Shown: one piece after another, positions 32,910-35,407 of the stretch | Numbering within the stretch: position 1 is the stretch's first letter | How the letters are laid out: every line of letters starts with the position of its first letter | Source: a virus | Taxonomy: Duplodnaviria > Caudoviricetes | Virus record (IMG/VR): IMGVR_UViG_3300031820_000096 | Span: 1 to 35,407 of that record | DNA length: 35,407 nt | Direction: 5' to 3' (one strand) | Notes under the pieces: generated by a model | Seen by the model: the letters and a program-made list of their open reading frames with translations, nothing else | What the model was told of the DNA's origin: nothing | Databases searched by the model: none | Translations under genes and position numbers: made by a program

Positions 32910-33823
32910 GCTTCCCTCACCGAACACCAGGTCGAACACTTCTTCCCGCCCCACATTTTTCGGCCTTGGAGTGGCACCGCCCTGATCGCCGCCTCCAAGT
33001 CCAGCGGCGCCTCGACGACGACCGACCTGTTCCCCGCACCCAACCCAACCTCGGCGTCGGTCGGAAGCGCGCGGTCCCCCGCCCGCTCCGCCGCGAACCG
33101 GACATAGGCATCGACGATCTGCTGCACCGTGTAGTCGCCGCCGTTCGGGCGGATCGCGGCGATCTCCGCCTCGCTCATCAGCGGCAGCCGCACCTCGAAC
33201 CAGGGCGGGACCGGCTGCTTCGTCCTGAATGTCTTGGTGTTCGCGCTGGTCATCGCGCCGTGCCAGACGACGAGCCGCTCGATCTTCGCCGCCGGGAGAC
33301 ACTGTTCGAGCAGCAGCCGGTAGATGTTCAACTGCGCGGCGACCTCCGGGTCCGCGCCGCCCCCCTCGAACTTGAACGACTGCGCCGACTCGCTGTGCTT
33401 CTTGTAGTCGTGGATCTCCCGCAGATCGGCGGTCAGGAAGTCGATGGTGCCCTCCATCGGGACGCCGAAGAGTGTCGGCGGCTCCTGGCCGGGCAGCGGC
33501 AGATGGACTTCGGTGTAGGTCCCCGGCGGCGCGTGGCGCTGCATCGCCGCGTGTTCGAGGATGCCGTCGTAGATCGAGTTATAGGACAGGACGTCGAGCG
33601 GCCCCGCGATGTTGTCCTCGATGATGACCTGCCGGGCGCAGGTCAGAACGCGGGTGGCCGTGATCTTCCCGTCGCGGTGCGCGGTGTCGCCCGCGACCGA
33701 CGCGAGTATCCCGGCGATGCGTGGCAGCGGCATCGGGAGGCGCCGACAGCCGCCGTCGCTGTAGTGCGTCAGCGGCAGGCGGGCGCCGGGGGTGCAGGAG
33801 CAGCGAAGGCTATCGACAAGCAT
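32876..33823 (-). CDS. PD-(D/E)XK nuclease, Cas4/RecB-like
   Basis: GTID, IHDYK, QLNIY motifs; N-terminal Cys plus C-terminal CSTWCSVREAC; GAGGAGG RBS before ATG 33823. Confidence 0.82.
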   Translation of the reverse strand: MLVDSLRCSCTPGARLPLTHYSDGGCRRLPMPLPRIAGILASVAGDTAHRDGKITATRVLTCARQVIIEDNIAGPLDVLSYNSIYDGILEHAAMQRHAPPGTYTEVHLPLPGQEPPTLFGVPMEGTIDFLTADLREIHDYKKHSESAQSFKFEGGGADPEVAAQLNIYRLLLEQCLPAAKIERLVVWHGAMTSANTKTFRTKQPVPPWFEVRLPLMSEAEIAAIRPNGGDYTVQQIVDAYVRFAAERAGDRALPTDAEVGLGAGNRSVVVEAPLDLEAAIRAVPLQGRKMWGGKKCSTWCSVREACDKLEGIARL

Positions 33824-34067
33824 CGGCTTCCTCCTCGGGAAAAGGCCAGGGGTCCACCCGCCAGCCTGCCGGGTAGCGCGGGGGCGCGGGCCATATCTGC
33901 TCGGCGGCGAGGATGGCGTCGGTTTCGGTGACAGGGCGGCTGCCGTAGCCCGCAAGGGTGAGGATCTCCCGCAGCCGATAGACGCGGCTGTCTACGATGT
34001 CGCACCCCTGAATCTGCTCCGGGTAGAGCCGCCGGATCTCCGCCTTCTGTGCGGGCGTCAGCAGCAT
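33810..34067 (-). CDS. Hypothetical protein
   Basis: Packed ORF overlapping the next start. Confidence 0.55.
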   Translation of the reverse strand: MLLTPAQKAEIRRLYPEQIQGCDIVDSRVYRLREILTLAGYGSRPVTETDAILAAEQIWPAPPRYPAGWRVDPWPFPEEEADACR

Positions 34068-34068
34068 C

Positions 34069-34254
34069 TCAGGCCCCCGCCGTGTCGGACGGCGATGGCG
34101 CCGCCGTCGGTCGCTGGCGCCGCGGCCGGGTTGCCTCTCGCACCTGAACGACCCTGACCTTCCCGTGCCGCGCCAGCGTCCAGGCAGCGGCGACCTTCGT
34201 GTGCGACAACCAACCGATGACCACCCCCGCGACCAGCCAGATGATTCGGTCCAT
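34069..34254 (-). CDS. Small membrane-anchored hypothetical protein
   Basis: GGAGGT RBS; hydrophobic N-terminus IIWLVAGVVIGWL. Confidence 0.55.
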   Translation of the reverse strand: MDRIIWLVAGVVIGWLSHTKVAAAWTLARHGKVRVVQVREATRPRRQRPTAAPSPSDTAGA

Positions 34255-34256
34255 CG

Positions 34257-34694
34257 TTACCTCCCCTGCCCGTAGCCGGGCGGCTCGGGCGTGTCGAATT
34301 GTAACTCCAACTGCACCGGGTCACCCTCTGCTTTCGTGGTGACCGTGCCAAAGCCGAAGACGCGACCCGCCGCCGCAGCCGCCTCCGCCTGCTCCGCCGT
34401 CGGTTCATCGTCCCGCATCGCCGGGAACTCCTCGACCTCCGGCATCACCGGGGTCACGCCGACCCCCAACTCGCGGATCTCATACACGCCCGGGAACACC
34501 GCCCGCAGCGTCTTGCCGTCCTTGGCGTAGACGCGCAGGGCGTAGGTCAGCGGAGACGAGCGCGGGTTGGTGAACCGCGCCTCCTGCCGCGCCGGGAACG
34601 GAATCGCCGGGCCGAAGGTGATCTTGTCGTCGGTGCCGGTCTCCAGCCGGAACTCCTTGCGCTCGGTGGACTTCACGAAGAAGATGCGGGGCAT
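34257..34694 (-). CDS. Hypothetical protein (MPRIFFVKSTERKEF...)
   Basis: GGGAGG RBS and TGATG overlap with the upstream gene. Confidence 0.65.
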   Translation of the reverse strand: MPRIFFVKSTERKEFRLETGTDDKITFGPAIPFPARQEARFTNPRSSPLTYALRVYAKDGKTLRAVFPGVYEIRELGVGVTPVMPEVEEFPAMRDDEPTAEQAEAAAAAGRVFGFGTVTTKAEGDPVQLELQFDTPEPPGYGQGR

Positions 34695-35104
34695 CAGCGC
34701 CTCCCCATCTGGAAGCGCCCGGCCTCCAGTATCGGCAGGTTCGCCTCGGTCGGGACGTAGATGATCTGCCCCGTCACCTTGTCGATGCTCTGAATCCACA
34801 GGTAGCGCAGGTACTCCTCCTTGTTCTTCAGCGAGTCGCCGATGATCTGATTCGCCTGGGCGAGATACTTCGCCCGCGTGACCTCGGCTTCGCCCAGCAA
34901 CTCGGCGGCGTTCTTCTTCGCCTGGGCCTCCGTCACCATGATCTGCCGGTCGTAGTTCGCCTTTGCCAGCGACGCCTCCCCCTCCAGCCGCTGCTGGTAG
35001 ACGTTGTATTGGGGGCAACCCCACATGCCAGCGCCGATCAGCACCGTCAGGGCTACCAGCACGAACACCCCTATCGACACGCCTACTGCTGTATCACTGT
35101 CCAT
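34694..35104 (-). CDS. Membrane-anchored coiled-coil protein, SPFH/band-7-associated type
   Basis: N-terminal TM, PQYNVYQQRLEGEA, YLRYLWI, IYVPTEANLPILEAGR; AAGGAGG RBS. Confidence 0.75.
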   Translation of the reverse strand: MDSDTAVGVSIGVFVLVALTVLIGAGMWGCPQYNVYQQRLEGEASLAKANYDRQIMVTEAQAKKNAAELLGEAEVTRAKYLAQANQIIGDSLKNKEEYLRYLWIQSIDKVTGQIIYVPTEANLPILEAGRFQMGRR

Positions 35105-35240
35105 TCGGTTCCTCCTTTGCCGCATCGAGGCGGCGACGTTCGGCGGCGCGCCTGTTCTTCCCGGCGCCGTTCATCTTGTGCGACTTGCACATCAGGCAGC
35201 CGCCCCGCCGGTTCTTCGGGCGGCGACGCTTATGGTGCAT
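35094..35240 (-). CDS. 48-aa basic protein (MHHKRRRPKNRRGGCLMCKSHK...)
   Basis: AAGGAGG RBS; CxxC-x2-H motif. Confidence 0.6.
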   Translation of the reverse strand: MHHKRRRPKNRRGGCLMCKSHKMNGAGKNRRAAERRRLDAAKEEPNGQ

Positions 35241-35407
35241 GGGGCGCTGCCTCCTTCTCGGCCTCGCGGGCGCGGGATTCGAGCCACCCGTCCCACGGGC
35301 ACGGGAACTTGTCGCTACAGTAGTAGCCTGGATGCTCTCTCAGCGCCTCTCTGAACGCCTCCGCCCTCGCCTTCTGCGCGGCCTGTTCAGCCATCGCCAG
35401 CGCCGCA
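35230..35407 (-). CDS. 3' part of a hypothetical gene entering from the right edge
   Basis: Open frame ...AEAFREALREHPGYYCSDKFPCPW...EKEAAPHAP*. Confidence 0.4.
   Translation of the reverse strand, partial: AALAMAEQAAQKARAEAFREALREHPGYYCSDKFPCPWDGWLESRAREAEKEAAPHAP

Noticed and set aside
32876-33823. Cas4-like gene as evidence of a CRISPR system
   Set aside because: No repeat-spacer array or other cas genes in the window; solo Cas4-like nucleases are common in phage replication modules.
1-35407. Integrase, repressor, att site or rho-independent terminators
   Set aside because: None recognisable, so lifestyle and host cannot be assigned from this window beyond hints of a GC-rich diderm host.

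Overview
GC-rich dsDNA tailed phage (or prophage) segment with podovirus-like architecture. The + strand (1360-27141) carries packaging, head, tail, lysis and ejection genes: TerS-like protein, TerL, an intein-containing portal, scaffold, major capsid protein, adaptor, M23 peptidase, LAGLIDADG endonuclease, holin-like proteins, an outer-membrane beta-barrel, tail nozzle, GroES-like protein, GNAT and three probable ejection proteins. The - strand (27107-35407) is a converging replication module: Dam-like MTase, DUF3987-type NTPase, PolA, UDG, HNH and a Cas4-like nuclease. Small Cys-rich genes run leftward from a divergent promoter at about 800. Four observations stand out. (1) A family-4 uracil-DNA glycosylase is split across two genes: its C-terminal HPA motif forms the N-terminus of PolA, and a 39-aa membrane ORF plus a sigma70 promoter sit between the halves. 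(2) The portal intein starts with Pro and has only part of the class-3 signature. (3) A degenerate tRNA-Trp(CCA)-like cloverleaf with a candidate promoter of its own is hidden in the GNAT 3' end. (4) The GroES homolog has a ~55-aa Cys/His insertion in its mobile loop. All family assignments come from reading motifs by eye; no searches were run.
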